Shown here: positions 9,315-19,139 of the stretch, piece by piece
Numbering within the stretch: position 1 is the first letter of the stretch
Layout: each line of letters starts with the position of its first letter
From: Ostreococcus lucimarinus
Lineage: Eukaryota
DNA length: 64,000 nt
Strand: one strand, 5' to 3'
Assembly (NCBI GenBank): GCA_000092065.1
Contig: CP000586.1
Translations under genes and position numbers: made by a program
Notes under the pieces: generated by a model
The model's database searches: none
Seen by the model: the letters and a program-made list of their open reading frames with translations, nothing else
Told to the model about the DNA's origin: nothing

Positions 9315-11306
9315 ATGCCCTCGCGACGCGCGTCCGCGCTCGCGCGCGCGTCGCCGATCGCCGCGCTCGCGACGCTCGCGACGCTCGCGCGCGCCGACCA
9401 AACAATCCAGCGCGCGCACAAACTCGACGACGAGTTCGCGTCGAGCGCGATGCTGAGGTGCGAATCGTGCGCCGCGGTGACGCACGCGTCGATGGTGCAC
9501 ATCGACCGACTCAAGGCGCGCAAGATGGCGATGATGGGGTCGAGCGAGGTGGGCGACGGGGAAGTGGATTGGGCGGAGGCGTGCGAGACGCGCTTCGCGG
9601 CTGGGAGCGCGCGGTACGGATACAAGACGGTCGCGAACGAGACGCACATCGTCGGACCGGGAATCGATGTGTTCGCGAGCGTGGATGGAAAAGTGAGGGA
9701 TCGCGAAGGGGTGACGACGCAGCTGTACGCGAGGTGTAAGGCGTTGATGTACGAGTTGAACGATTTCAGCATCGCGGAGACGTACGCCGAGGCGGAGGCG
9801 GCGGTGGAAAAGTCGGGCGCGAAGGGCGCGGAGAAGCCGACGGCTGTGTTCATGAAGTTGTTAGACAAGAATTGCGTGGAAAACGTGAAAATGTGCGAGA
9901 GTGTCGATTGGTTCAAGGATGCGTTGTCAAAGTCGTTAGAGGAGTCGACGGAAGCGGCGACCGCGGCGGCGTCTGAACTGTCTAACGCGACGGTGGATGA
10001 GAATAACCTCGTAAACATCACCTTGGCCAATGAAAAGTGCAACAACGAGGATGACGAGCGCGCTATTTCTATTTCTTCCGCAGCGTGTGATGTACTCGTG
10101 AGAGAGCTTTTAAAGAAGGGTGACGAGAATACGAGAGCCTTTCACAATTTCACCGGCGAGGCGACAAAGTATGAAAAGCTCCTCGAGCGCGGCGGGGAAA
10201 AAAAGCTCGACGACGACGATGTGGACAAAGATGGTGATGTCCATGAGCTGTACGCGGATGCCATGTTGAATGCATCACAGATTAAAGCAAACATAACTCT
10301 GGCACGCGCAGCGGGCTACTTTTCGAGCGCGTTGGACATCGATTCCGAAAACTACGCCGCACGACACAATCTCGCCTACGCGTACAAGAGCGCCAAGAAC
10401 TGGACCGCGGCGAAGGATCACTTGTACATCATTGTCGCGAGTGAGCGTGCGAATGATATGGCGAGTGAAACGCGCGCCGAAAGTTTGAAGCTTTTATGTG
10501 AAGTCGAGTTCCACGATAAAAACGTGACTGGCGCCCTCAGCGCGTGTCGAAAAGGTGTCGAGTTGGACCAGTACAATTTCCACACCCTTCGGCTTTTGGC
10601 ACAAATTCACGTCGTTCGTTTCTTCGACGAGGTCGAGGCGATTCGTGCGACTGATGAAGACGATGTTCAAGAAGAGAGACAGCACAATATCGCGCACGAG
10701 CTCGTCCAAGCGCTCGATTTGTTCACGCGAGCCTTGGTCCTCAATCCGGTGAAGAATGAAATCGCGCAACTCGGCATGACTATTTATTTCTTGCAAGCGG
10801 CGCAAGACGCCGCTCTCAAGAAGCTCACCCGCGAGCAGCTTCAGGTACTCAAGAACGCTCGTCACTTTTGCTCGCGCAGCGGTACAGACGCGGACAGCGC
10901 GTGCGCAGACATGCTCGAACTCGCGGGTCAACACATGTTCGAAAAAGGCTTCATCGCCATCGGCAACGACGCCCTACAAATGGCGCTCGTCCTCGACAAG
11001 GCGCGCACGCAGCTTTGGTCCAGCCTCGGCTACGGTTTTATGACCATCGGCAAATTCAAACTCGCCAAAGTCGCCTTCGACAAAGCCAAAGAATCCGACG
11101 AAACCTTCACCCTTTCCTCCACCGTCGAAGACCTCTTCCGGCGCGGCGTCGACTTTGAGACCAAGCTCGACGAAGACCGCGCCACGGCGTCCGCGTCCTG
11201 GACCGAGAACCGCCGTCCGAACAAAGACGAGCGCGCCGAGCTCGCCAAGGAAGTCACCGCCAAGCTCGGCGCCGTTCGCGGCGTCGCCAAGCACGACGAA
11301 TTGTAA
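9315..11306 (+). CDS. secreted protein: signal peptide + Canopy/DUF3456-like saposin-type Cys domain + TPR repeats
   Basis: The signal peptide MPSRRASALARASPIAALATLATLARA is followed by cysteines spaced as in CNPY proteins (CESCAAV..EACE..YG..CKALMYE..CVENVKMC). TPR-like repeats follow. The family assignment is tentative. Confidence 0.5.
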   Translation: MPSRRASALARASPIAALATLATLARADQTIQRAHKLDDEFASSAMLRCESCAAVTHASMVHIDRLKARKMAMMGSSEVGDGEVDWAEACETRFAAGSARYGYKTVANETHIVGPGIDVFASVDGKVRDREGVTTQLYARCKALMYELNDFSIAETYAEAEAAVEKSGAKGAEKPTAVFMKLLDKNCVENVKMCESVDWFKDALSKSLEESTEAATAAASELSNATVDENNLVNITLANEKCNNEDDERAISISSAACDVLVRELLKKGDENTRAFHNFTGEATKYEKLLERGGEKKLDDDDVDKDGDVHELYADAMLNASQIKANITLARAAGYFSSALDIDSENYAARHNLAYAYKSAKNWTAAKDHLYIIVASERANDMASETRAESLKLLCEVEFHDKNVTGALSACRKGVELDQYNFHTLRLLAQIHVVRFFDEVEAIRATDEDDVQEERQHNIAHELVQALDLFTRALVLNPVKNEIAQLGMTIYFLQAAQDAALKKLTREQLQVLKNARHFCSRSGTDADSACADMLELAGQHMFEKGFIAIGNDALQMALVLDKARTQLWSSLGYGFMTIGKFKLAKVAFDKAKESDETFTLSSTVEDLFRRGVDFETKLDEDRATASASWTENRRPNKDERAELAKEVTAKLGAVRGVAKHDEL

Positions 11307-11363
11307 TCCAACATCCCCCCTCGCCCGCCCACGAGTCGCGTCACTCTGCGACGCACTCGAGCG

Positions 11364-12638
11364 ATGTCCCGCGCGCGCGGCGTCTGCGCCTTGGTCCTCA
11401 TCGACGACGGCGCCGCGACGACGCGCGACGCGGACGTGCCCGAGGAAATCATCCTCCAGCGCCTGCGCGCGTCGAGCGAGGACGACGACGGCGCGAGCGA
11501 CGACGACGGCGACGACGACGACGGGGTGCCGGGAATCCTCTCCCCCCCGTCCGCGCGCGACGTCGTCGTCATCGGACGCCAAAAGGGCGTCGTCGACCAC
11601 GCGATGGACTGCGCGAGCATTCCTCTGCTGCTCAGTCGCAAACACGCCGCGATGACGTGCGACGGCGCGGCGCATTACGTGCGAGATTTAGCGACGACGA
11701 ACGGGACGTTCGTGAACGGGTCGAGGATCGACGCCAAGGTGGACGTCGCGCTGAAAGACGGGGACGTCGTCGCGTTCGGAGGGCCGCGGTACGTGGCGCG
11801 GGATAGCGGTCGGTTGGCGAACCCGTTTCGGTATCGGTACGTGCGGTTGGAGCGCCCGGGGGTCGACGCGAGGAGCAAACGGCTGCGAGCGAGCCAAGAG
11901 AACGACGCGGCGAGAGAGGCGTTCGGGTCGCAGGGGGCGCAGTTGAGCCAGGTGTATCAGGCGGTGCAGGCGAGTCAGACGAGCGAGAGTTATGAGGAGT
12001 TGGATGATATGCTGAAAGCGCGGTTGAGGTCGATGTTCGATGGAGAGGTGGACTTCGCGCAGGCGTGCGCCAAACGGTACTTTGGAGTGGCGACGCCGAC
12101 GGCGTCGCCGAGTAAGTCTACGGGTAAGCGTAAGAGCGTGGGTCAAGCGACTCGAAGTGCGCCGAGTTCACAAGATCCTGATGCGGACGATGGGCTGCGA
12201 GATAAGCTCTCCGAGCTCGTTCTCGAACGCTTGCGAGACAGACCGGCGTGGGTGGAATCTGAACTCAAGTGCGCGATATGCCGCGAATGGATGACACTTC
12301 CCCACGCCTTGATCACTTGTGGACACCTCTTCTGCCTCGAATGCATCGACAATTCGTTTTGTCACGCCTACACGTGCCCGTGCTGCCGTTCGCGTCCGAA
12401 CGCGCCGCGTGAGCTCCTCTTCACGCCGTCGGCGCTCGCCGACAGACTCCTCGACAAATACGTCATACCAACCCTCACCACCAAGGAACTCCTCGACCGT
12501 AAGGCGAAGGAACAGAACGCCGTTCAAGCTCGCAAGAAACGAGTGAAACGCGCCGCTGAGGTCTCCATGCGCGTCGGCACTCTCTCCACGGTCTCCGTGC
12601 AAGAGACGCAGTCGGCGACGCCGCGAAGCGACGCGTGA
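11364..12638 (+). CDS. FHA + RING-finger E3 ubiquitin ligase (RNF8/CHFR-like)
   Basis: N-terminal FHA (VVVIGRQKG..HAAMTCDG..LATTNGTFVNGSRI). C-terminal C3HC4 RING (CAICREWMTLPHALITCGHLFCLECI..CPCC). Confidence 0.75.
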   Translation: MSRARGVCALVLIDDGAATTRDADVPEEIILQRLRASSEDDDGASDDDGDDDDGVPGILSPPSARDVVVIGRQKGVVDHAMDCASIPLLLSRKHAAMTCDGAAHYVRDLATTNGTFVNGSRIDAKVDVALKDGDVVAFGGPRYVARDSGRLANPFRYRYVRLERPGVDARSKRLRASQENDAAREAFGSQGAQLSQVYQAVQASQTSESYEELDDMLKARLRSMFDGEVDFAQACAKRYFGVATPTASPSKSTGKRKSVGQATRSAPSSQDPDADDGLRDKLSELVLERLRDRPAWVESELKCAICREWMTLPHALITCGHLFCLECIDNSFCHAYTCPCCRSRPNAPRELLFTPSALADRLLDKYVIPTLTTKELLDRKAKEQNAVQARKKRVKRAAEVSMRVGTLSTVSVQETQSATPRSDA

Positions 12639-12850
12639 CGCCGCGTGCCCTCGTCGCCCAGGTCCCGCGCCCGAAAACGTCCGCGGTGGACCGCTTAGCC
12701 TTCTTCAATTCGTGTTCACATTCTTTCATCACCGGCGCGGCGCTCGCGGGTTTGTAATTAATCTTCGCACGTGCGCTCGCCGCAGAGGTCCCAAGAGTCT
12801 TGGCCAAGACCCTACTACCATCGTGACCTCGCGACCTCGCGGTCGGCCAT

Positions 12851-12882
12851 CCCTCTCTCTTTGACGCAAGAACGAAGACAAC
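12851..12882 (+). promoter_or_regulatory. pyrimidine-rich (TOP-like) 5' leader of RPS23
   Basis: ccctctctctttgacgcaagaacgaagacaac lies immediately before the ATG. Pyrimidine tracts like this are typical of ribosomal-protein mRNA leaders. Confidence 0.4.
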
Positions 12883-13896
12883 ATGGGGTGCGTGCGACAT
12901 CGCGATCGAACGACGCGACGAAACAAATCACCGACCATCGCGCGCGCGCGTGCGCACCGACGCGGCGTAGCGCGCGCGTCCGCCGCTCCGCCGCGCGGTC
13001 GATCGACGCAACCCCAGCGGGCGATCGATCGCGCGGTGGAAACGCGCGATGTGCGCGTCGACGACGGCGTTCGAGCGGTCATGGACGCGATGCTCGATGC
13101 GTGAAGATTCCACGCATCGTTGAATCGCGTCGCGATGCGCGTCGAGGGTTCGCGCGCGCGTCCGTGGGCGCGCGAACGCTGGGCGCGCGCGTTTAGGGCT
13201 TCGCGCTCGCGCGTGGGGGCTTCGCGCGCGCGCGCGACGCCCGGCGCGGTGATTGGGACGCAGTGACCGCACGATCGATTAAAACACCACGCGATCGCCT
13301 CGTTTCGTTCGGCGTGCGCGATGACTGACGGTGCGCGTCGACGCTTTCGCACGTTTGCAGTAAGACTCGTGGTTTAGGGGCTGGCCGTAAGTTGCGCATT
13401 CATCGCCGCGAACAGCGATGGGCCGACAAGGATTTCAACAAGGCGAACTTGGGTTCTGAGTGGAAGAAGCCGTTCGCTGGTTGCTCGCACGCCAAGGGTA
13501 TCGTCTTGGAAAAGATTGGCATCGAAGCGAAGCAGCCGAACTCTGCTATTCGTAAGTGCGTGCGAGTGCAGCTCATCAAAAATGGCAAGAAGATTGCGGC
13601 CTTCGTCCCGCGCGATGGTTGCTTGAACTTCACCGATGAAAACGATGAAGTCCTCATCGCTGGTTTCGGTCGTAAGGGTCACGCTGTTGGTGATATTCCG
13701 GGTGTGCGATTCAAGGTTGTCAAGGTTGCCGGTGTGTCGCTCAACGCGCTCTTCAGAGAGAAGAAGGTACGTCGTCGCTTTGGCTCTCGCGCGCTCAACG
13801 GTTGTTCGCCGCTCGTCTTTTTCGAAACGGAGATGTATGACCAAGATACTGACGCAAAGATTTTTTTACGTGTAACAGGAAAAGCCGCGTTCTTAA
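12883..13896 (+). CDS. RPS23: 40S ribosomal protein S23 (uS12); three exons 12883..12887 (ATGGG), 13361..13766, 13879..13896
   Basis: Exon 2 encodes [53 protein letters not shown]. The N-terminal 'MG' is supplied by ATGGG followed by a GTGCGT donor at 12888. The first acceptor is ..cgtttgcAG at 13359-13360. Exon 2 ends at a GTACGT donor at 13767. Exon 3 begins after a poly-T..taacAG acceptor at 13877-13878 and encodes EKPRS*. The spliced product is 142 aa, as expected for S23. Confidence 0.85.
12888..13360 (+). other. RPS23 intron 1 (approx. 473 nt, GTGCGT...CAG)
   Basis: Bounded by the micro-exon ATGGG and in-phase exon 2. Contains a perfect 8-bp hairpin (gatgcgtg/cacgcatc) at approx. 13096..13118. 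Confidence 0.75.
13767..13878 (+). other. RPS23 intron 2 (112 nt, GTACGT...T-rich..AG)
   Basis: Removing it joins ..FREKK to EKPRS-stop, restoring the conserved S23 C-terminus. Confidence 0.75.
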
Positions 13897-14061
13897 ACGT
13901 TTGGACGTCTTTTGACGATGGAATGGATACGAACACGACAATAGTTAGACTCGCGACCGAGGGAAGCTTTGTTAATGCAAGTCAAGTCTTGGTTGGTTAT
14001 GAAAAATTCGCTAATGCTATGAAAGACTCGTCTTGGCGTGGACCAAGCGTCGACGTCATCT

Positions 14062-15138
14062 CTACGCCTCCATCGCGTCGTCAGCACTGTCGAGAGCAGT
14101 GCTGACGTGCACCATGAGCACCTCGCGGTGCTTGTCGACGACGACGACGAGCGATTCTGGAGGAGGGTCCACGTAAAGCCCTGGCAAGTACGCCTCGTAC
14201 GCGGGCATGAAACGATCGACAAAGTCTTTCACCTGTGAATCGTCCAGTCCCCCGTTCGCCTTTCTCTCGGCTTCGAGTCTCCAGTCGTACACCCACGCCG
14301 GGTCGTCCACCTTGAAGATGATCCACCACGCGACGTTATCTGGTCCCCAAAGCGCCGCCTTGTATTCCTTCAATCGCTCGTTAACGACCACTAAATCGGG
14401 ATTAATCGCACGCGCACGATCGGATTCGATAGGTTCGAACCCGAGCATCCATCCTTCCAAGAGCACGACGTCGAGAGGCGCCGATACACTCTCCCACTCG
14501 CTCTGCGGTTTGCGATCGCCCCTCCCGTCTCGAGCGAGCTTATCGTATCTCGGCGCCAGAAACTTTGACGTCTCCCCGTCCGAATCGTTGATTCGCGCTA
14601 AAGATTGAAGAGATCTCGATCCGAGCGCTAAATCATGCGTTCCCGCGTTCCCTCTGTACCGCAACATCGCGTTTCCGGGGTTTGCCTCGCCCAGCGCCGC
14701 CTGGTCCTCGTACGCGAGATAAAAGTCATCGATCGACAGCGTCACCGCCGTCACGTTCCCCGACTCATCCGCCGCCGAATCATCCAAAAACTTCTTCGGC
14801 GTCGCCTTTATCATGTCCACTATCGTCCTCGTCAGCGTCGTCTTCCCGCATCCCTGCGGCGCGCTCACGCCGACCACCATCGGCTTCGGCGTTCGCCCCT
14901 CCCTCGTCGTCCCCGCCTTTCGCCTGTGCATCCTCAGCCGCTGCACCACCTCCTCGTACACCGGCACGTAATATCGATACACCCTGTTCCTCGCCGCCTC
15001 CTCCGCCGTCTCCGCGTCCTCGCTCGCGCTCAGCTCGCGCGCGTCTCTCGCGAGCGCGCGAAACAGTCCCAGTCCCACCTCGCGCACGTGCGCGCGCCAC
15101 GCGTCGTCGCTCGCGTCGCTCGCGTCGTCGCCCGCCAT
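14062..15138 (-). CDS. GLYK: D-glycerate 3-kinase (plant/algal GLYK family)
   Basis: Colinear match to plant GLYK ([83 protein letters not shown]). The ORF-track start at 15237 is a GTG; the first ATG is at 15138. Confidence 0.75.
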   Translation of the reverse strand: MAGDDASDASDDAWRAHVREVGLGLFRALARDARELSASEDAETAEEAARNRVYRYYVPVYEEVVQRLRMHRRKAGTTREGRTPKPMVVGVSAPQGCGKTTLTRTIVDMIKATPKKFLDDSAADESGNVTAVTLSIDDFYLAYEDQAALGEANPGNAMLRYRGNAGTHDLALGSRSLQSLARINDSDGETSKFLAPRYDKLARDGRGDRKPQSEWESVSAPLDVVLLEGWMLGFEPIESDRARAINPDLVVVNERLKEYKAALWGPDNVAWWIIFKVDDPAWVYDWRLEAERKANGGLDDSQVKDFVDRFMPAYEAYLPGLYVDPPPESLVVVVDKHREVLMVHVSTALDSADDAMEA

Positions 15139-15508
15139 CGGATCCCGTCCCTCGCGTCGCTCGCGCCTCGCCCCCGTCGCCGCGCGCGCGCGCGTGCCGT
15201 CGTCGTCGTCGTCGTCGCGCGCGCCGCCGACGCCCACTCCCGGGTCTTCGCGGCCGTCGCCGATTTTTTACGTGTAGCATCGCTTTTCGCGCGTTTGGGC
15301 GAATCGACGCGTCGAATGCGTGTCGAGACGCGCGCGCGCGCGAAATCCGATTCGTATAGGCAAACAGTTGACGATCGCGGTCGGTCGGTCGACGCGCGGA
15401 TGCCGCCACCGCTGGCGCCGGATCGACGCGACGCCGGATCGTCGTCGTTCGCGCTCGACACAGCGCGACGGCGACGCGGCCCGCGCGAGCGACGAAACGA
15501 CGCGCGCG

Positions 15509-16642
15509 ATGACGACGCGCGCGATCGGCGCGCGACGCACCGCGACGTCGCCGCGCGCGACGACGACGGGCGCGACGACGACGACGGTTCGAAATCATCG
15601 ACGGGCGCGCGCGCGCGGACGATCGACGACGACGACGACGCGGGCGCGGGAAACGTTCGAGGGAGAGATCATCGACGGTGAGTACTCGGACGCGGTGACG
15701 ACGGAGGAGGAGGCGACGGCGCGGGCGGGAGGAAGCGCGGCGCGCGCGAGCGGGCTGGCGAGCGGGCTGGCGAGGCTGGACGCGCTGAGCGAGGCGATGG
15801 GGGCGGTGTACGCGACGACCGGGGACGTCGTGGACGTCGGGGGGTCGGGAGACGAGGACGCGCGCGATGATGACGCATCGGCGGTGTCGCTGGGCGTGAT
15901 CGACGTCGGAGCGGGCGGGGAGATGGCGCGGCAGCGAGACGTGGAGACGGTGCAGCTCATCAAGTGCAAGTTTCAAATGCGCAGACAGATGGCGTTCGGG
16001 GAGGAACTGCGGTTGGTCGGTTCGCACGCGAGCATGGGGGCTTGGGATATGACGAAGTCGCTGACGCTGACGTGGGGCGAGGGCGACGTGTGGACTTCGG
16101 ACGACGTCGAGTTGCCCGTGGACGGGGTGTTCATTTACAAGTACGCCGTCGTGCCCGCGGGACAGCCGGAAATCGTGACCGAGTGGCAGCAAGGAAACAA
16201 TCAAGTGCTGACGCTCACGCCGGACGATCTCCCGCGATTGTGGGTCACGGATAACTGGAGCGGGAACCCGGACATGGCGAGCGTGTTCCGCGAGGGCGGC
16301 GAGGCGTCGAGCAAGGAGAGCCGTCTCATCAACCGCGTCAAGGCGGCGGACGAGCGCGTCAAGGTTGCCGAAATCGAGAACAAGGCGTTGAAGGGTGATT
16401 TGCAGCAGATGACGATGCAAGTGAACGCGCTCCGCGAAGAAGCGCGCTTGGGTGCGAACGTGCGCATCGCTCTCAAAGAACAACTCAGAGCAGAGCAGCG
16501 TCGTTCAAACGTTTTGGGCAGTCAAGTCGACGCGTGGAAAACAAAGTTCCAGCAACTCACCGACGGCACTCCGAGCAAGAGCGCCGCCGAAGCGCCTCCG
16601 GACGCCGCGCAAAAGAGCGCGAACAAGGGCAAAACGCGCTGA
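15509..16642 (+). CDS. CBM20 starch-binding-domain protein with C-terminal coiled coil and T/R/A-rich N-terminal targeting-like region
   Basis: CBM20 signature (VQLIKCKFQMRRQMAFGEELRLVGSHASMGAWD..LTWGEGDVWTSDDVELPVDGVFIYKYAVV). The C-terminal half is heptad-rich. The ORF-track start at 15320 is a GTG; the first ATG is at 15509. Confidence 0.6.
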   Translation: MTTRAIGARRTATSPRATTTGATTTTVRNHRRARARGRSTTTTTRARETFEGEIIDGEYSDAVTTEEEATARAGGSAARASGLASGLARLDALSEAMGAVYATTGDVVDVGGSGDEDARDDDASAVSLGVIDVGAGGEMARQRDVETVQLIKCKFQMRRQMAFGEELRLVGSHASMGAWDMTKSLTLTWGEGDVWTSDDVELPVDGVFIYKYAVVPAGQPEIVTEWQQGNNQVLTLTPDDLPRLWVTDNWSGNPDMASVFREGGEASSKESRLINRVKAADERVKVAEIENKALKGDLQQMTMQVNALREEARLGANVRIALKEQLRAEQRRSNVLGSQVDAWKTKFQQLTDGTPSKSAAEAPPDAAQKSANKGKTR

Positions 16643-16771
16643 ACGGCGACGCCCGTCGTCCATTGATACTCCCGACGCGACGTCGCGTCGGGCGCCGCTG
16701 TATTATCGCGCGCGCGAAGGAAGATTTTTTGCAATGCGAGATTTTATTTCGTTTCAACGCGCTACGTCGCG

Positions 16772-17728
16772 TCACGCGAGCTCTTTCAGTATGCTCAAGC
16801 ATTCGCGTTGGTACCCGCCCCCGAACATCACGTAGTGGTTCAAATAATGGTAAAGTTTGTACATCTTGGCGCGTTCTTCGAAACCGGGCGCCTTTGGGAT
16901 TTTCGCGTGGTACGCCTCGTAAAACGCGGGCGTAAATCCAGCGCACCAAGACATCCCGAAGTCCGCCTCGTGATGGCCGTAATACACCGCCGGGTCGAAG
17001 ACGCTCGGCTTTCTCCCCACGGTTCCTATGTTGCCGCTCCAGAGGTCGCCGTGCAAGAGCGACGGTTTGATCTCTCCGCACGCGCTAAACATATCAGCCA
17101 GCCTTTTATCGACCACTTTCTCCGCTAACTGGGTCAGCGTGGGATCTCTCGCGAGTCGAATCATGTGCATCAAGCGCTTATCGCGCCAAAACTCCAACCA
17201 CGACTCCGTCCACTGGTTTGGCTGCGGCGTCTCGCCTATGGTGTTATTCCGCTCAAATCCAAACTTCCCATTTCGCGCCTCCTCGTGGCTCGGCGTCGCC
17301 GCGTGCATCGTCGCCAGCGCGTTCCCGAACTCGCCCTGATCTCCTCGACCGCCGAAGTTCAGGTACTCCATCGCGATCGCCGAGCGCCATCCTCGCGCGC
17401 CCTCCGGCGCGCCGACGACGCCGTACACCTCCGGCACGACGAACGCGTTCGTCGCGCGCAGCGCCCGCAGTCCCGCGGCCTCGCCCAGGAACATCTCCGC
17501 GTCCCTCGCCGACGTCTTCGCGAACGCGCGTCGTCCGTCCGCGCACGTCGCCGTCGCGAACGTCGCCCACTGCGAGCTCCCCGCCGGGACGACGTCGACG
17601 ACCTCGCACGCGAGCTCGCGCTCGAGCCAGGACTCGAGCGCGTCGCGCGCGCGCGCGTCGCGCGCGCGTCGCCGTCTCGGCGCGCGCGCGCGCGCGACGC
17701 CCGGCGCGGGCGTCGCCGCGAGCGCCAT
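16772..17728 (-). CDS. fructosamine-3-kinase family protein (protein-ribulosamine 3-kinase-like)
   Basis: FN3K-family motifs (LLHGDLWSGN, FDPAVYYGHHEADFGMSWC, YKLYHYLNHYVMFGG). ATG at 17728. Confidence 0.8.
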   Translation of the reverse strand: MALAATPAPGVARARAPRRRRARDARARDALESWLERELACEVVDVVPAGSSQWATFATATCADGRRAFAKTSARDAEMFLGEAAGLRALRATNAFVVPEVYGVVGAPEGARGWRSAIAMEYLNFGGRGDQGEFGNALATMHAATPSHEEARNGKFGFERNNTIGETPQPNQWTESWLEFWRDKRLMHMIRLARDPTLTQLAEKVVDKRLADMFSACGEIKPSLLHGDLWSGNIGTVGRKPSVFDPAVYYGHHEADFGMSWCAGFTPAFYEAYHAKIPKAPGFEERAKMYKLYHYLNHYVMFGGGYQRECLSILKELA

Positions 17729-17785
17729 TCGAGACCGTCGCCGTCTGCCGTTCGTCGAGCGAACGGCAGACGGCGCCGCGCGACG

Positions 17786-19039
17786 ATGGAGGCGACGCGC
17801 GCGCGCGCGGGCGCGCCGACGCGACGCGCGACGGCGTCGTCGACGGCGCGCGCGCGCGCGCGGGACGCGCGACGACGACGACGCGCGCGCGGGACGACGG
17901 CGGCGTTCGCGAGCGACGCGAACGTCGAGCGCGCGATGCCGACGCCGACGGAGCGCGCGGGAGCGATGGAACGAGACGCGCGGGAAACGCGAGGGCGACC
18001 GCGCGCGGAGACGCTCGTGGACGCGTTCGAGTCGCTGCCGAGGGAGGAGCGCGTGCGCCTGGTCGAGCGGTACGTCCTCGGCGACGCGGACGACGTCGAG
18101 GCGCCGGCGGTGGCGATCGATGGAGCGGCGGCGATCGGAGGCGCGATCGCGCGCGATGTCGAGCGCGAGGACGAGGACGCGGCGCGCGGGATGACGGAGG
18201 AGGAATTGGCGGATTTGAGAGACTTTGGACCGAGCGAACGCGCGCGGGGCGACGCGCTCGGCGAGGACGCGTTGGTGGATAAATGGCGCGAGATTTTCGG
18301 GGAAGATCCACCGGAGAATAATGGAGGCGGTGTTGATGATATATTAGGCGCGGACGACGGCGCGTTCGGCGGTGGGGTGCTGGAAGAAGCGCGGAACGCG
18401 GCGACGAGACGCGCGTATGCGGCGGAGCGCGGATGGAAAAAGTTGGTGAACAAATTCGGTAGGCAAGGCGCCATCGTCGCCAGTGGCTTCGCGAGCGTGA
18501 GCGTGGTGGCGGTGTTGAGCGCGCTGTTCGCGACGTCGAACGCGGACGCGAAGTCAAAGGTCAAGGATGAGGCTGGCGGCGTCGCGCCCGCGCTCGAGAG
18601 CGAAGACGACGCCGTCGCCGGCGACGTCAAAGCTTTCGTCGAGCCAACGCGACGCGAAGCGCCGGCACCCGCTCCTGGGGGCGTGCTATGGGAGCGCAAA
18701 GTCATCGTCGACGATGACGATGCCTCGCCGTCGTCGTCGTCATCTTCGGCGAGTAACGGCGTACTGTGGACGAGGCGGAGCGACGAAGAGCGTCGCAAAC
18801 CTTCGGCGCGCGATCGCATGGGGGTTCCCACGGCGACGTTCGATGACAGAAATAGAGATCGGCGTGGGAGTGAGCCGCCACCACAAGTCATATGGACCCG
18901 CAAGAACGATCCAGAGATCGACGAGCTCGATGAAGATCCGCAAGAGCGCTCGCCGCCGCGCCGCGCAAGCGAGGCGTTGGACGACAACCTGGAAGATCTT
19001 CGTGCGTTCCGCCGTCCCGATCGAGAGTCGCCGCGATGA
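17786..19039 (+). CDS. hypothetical protein; R/A-rich N-terminus, one TM helix, three V[LI]W[ET]R[KR] motifs
   Basis: Long ORF in a frame distinct from the antisense FN3K gene. It has a real-looking mixed composition downstream (GWKKLVNKFGRQGAIVASGFASVSVVAVLSALFATS; GGVLWERK..NGVLWTRR..QVIWTRK). No family recognised. Confidence 0.35.
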   Translation: MEATRARAGAPTRRATASSTARARARDARRRRRARGTTAAFASDANVERAMPTPTERAGAMERDARETRGRPRAETLVDAFESLPREERVRLVERYVLGDADDVEAPAVAIDGAAAIGGAIARDVEREDEDAARGMTEEELADLRDFGPSERARGDALGEDALVDKWREIFGEDPPENNGGGVDDILGADDGAFGGGVLEEARNAATRRAYAAERGWKKLVNKFGRQGAIVASGFASVSVVAVLSALFATSNADAKSKVKDEAGGVAPALESEDDAVAGDVKAFVEPTRREAPAPAPGGVLWERKVIVDDDDASPSSSSSSASNGVLWTRRSDEERRKPSARDRMGVPTATFDDRNRDRRGSEPPPQVIWTRKNDPEIDELDEDPQERSPPRRASEALDDNLEDLRAFRRPDRESPR

Positions 19040-19139
19040 GTCGATCGAAGAATTAGTGTACCGAGTTAGTCATCTGTAAACCGTTGTGATTCAATACAAA
19101 GCAATTCAATTCTATTTATTGGCTGAAACAGTCACTACG

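Noticed and set aside
13321-13345. ATGACTGAC within RPS23 intron as a possible C/D-box snoRNA element
   Set aside because: No canonical RUGAUGA C box, D box or terminal stem pairing could be assembled by eye. Left as unverified.
12729-13352. Minus- and plus-strand ORFs inside the RPS23 first intron
   Set aside because: They fall entirely within a well-supported intron. Arg-rich artefacts.
17253-18987. Long R/A/S-rich ORFs on the minus strand and alternative plus frames (17253..18557, 17359..18987, 17218..18282)
   Set aside because: Compositional artefacts of about 70% GC DNA, overlapping the better-supported 17786..19039 frame. They have no domain signal.
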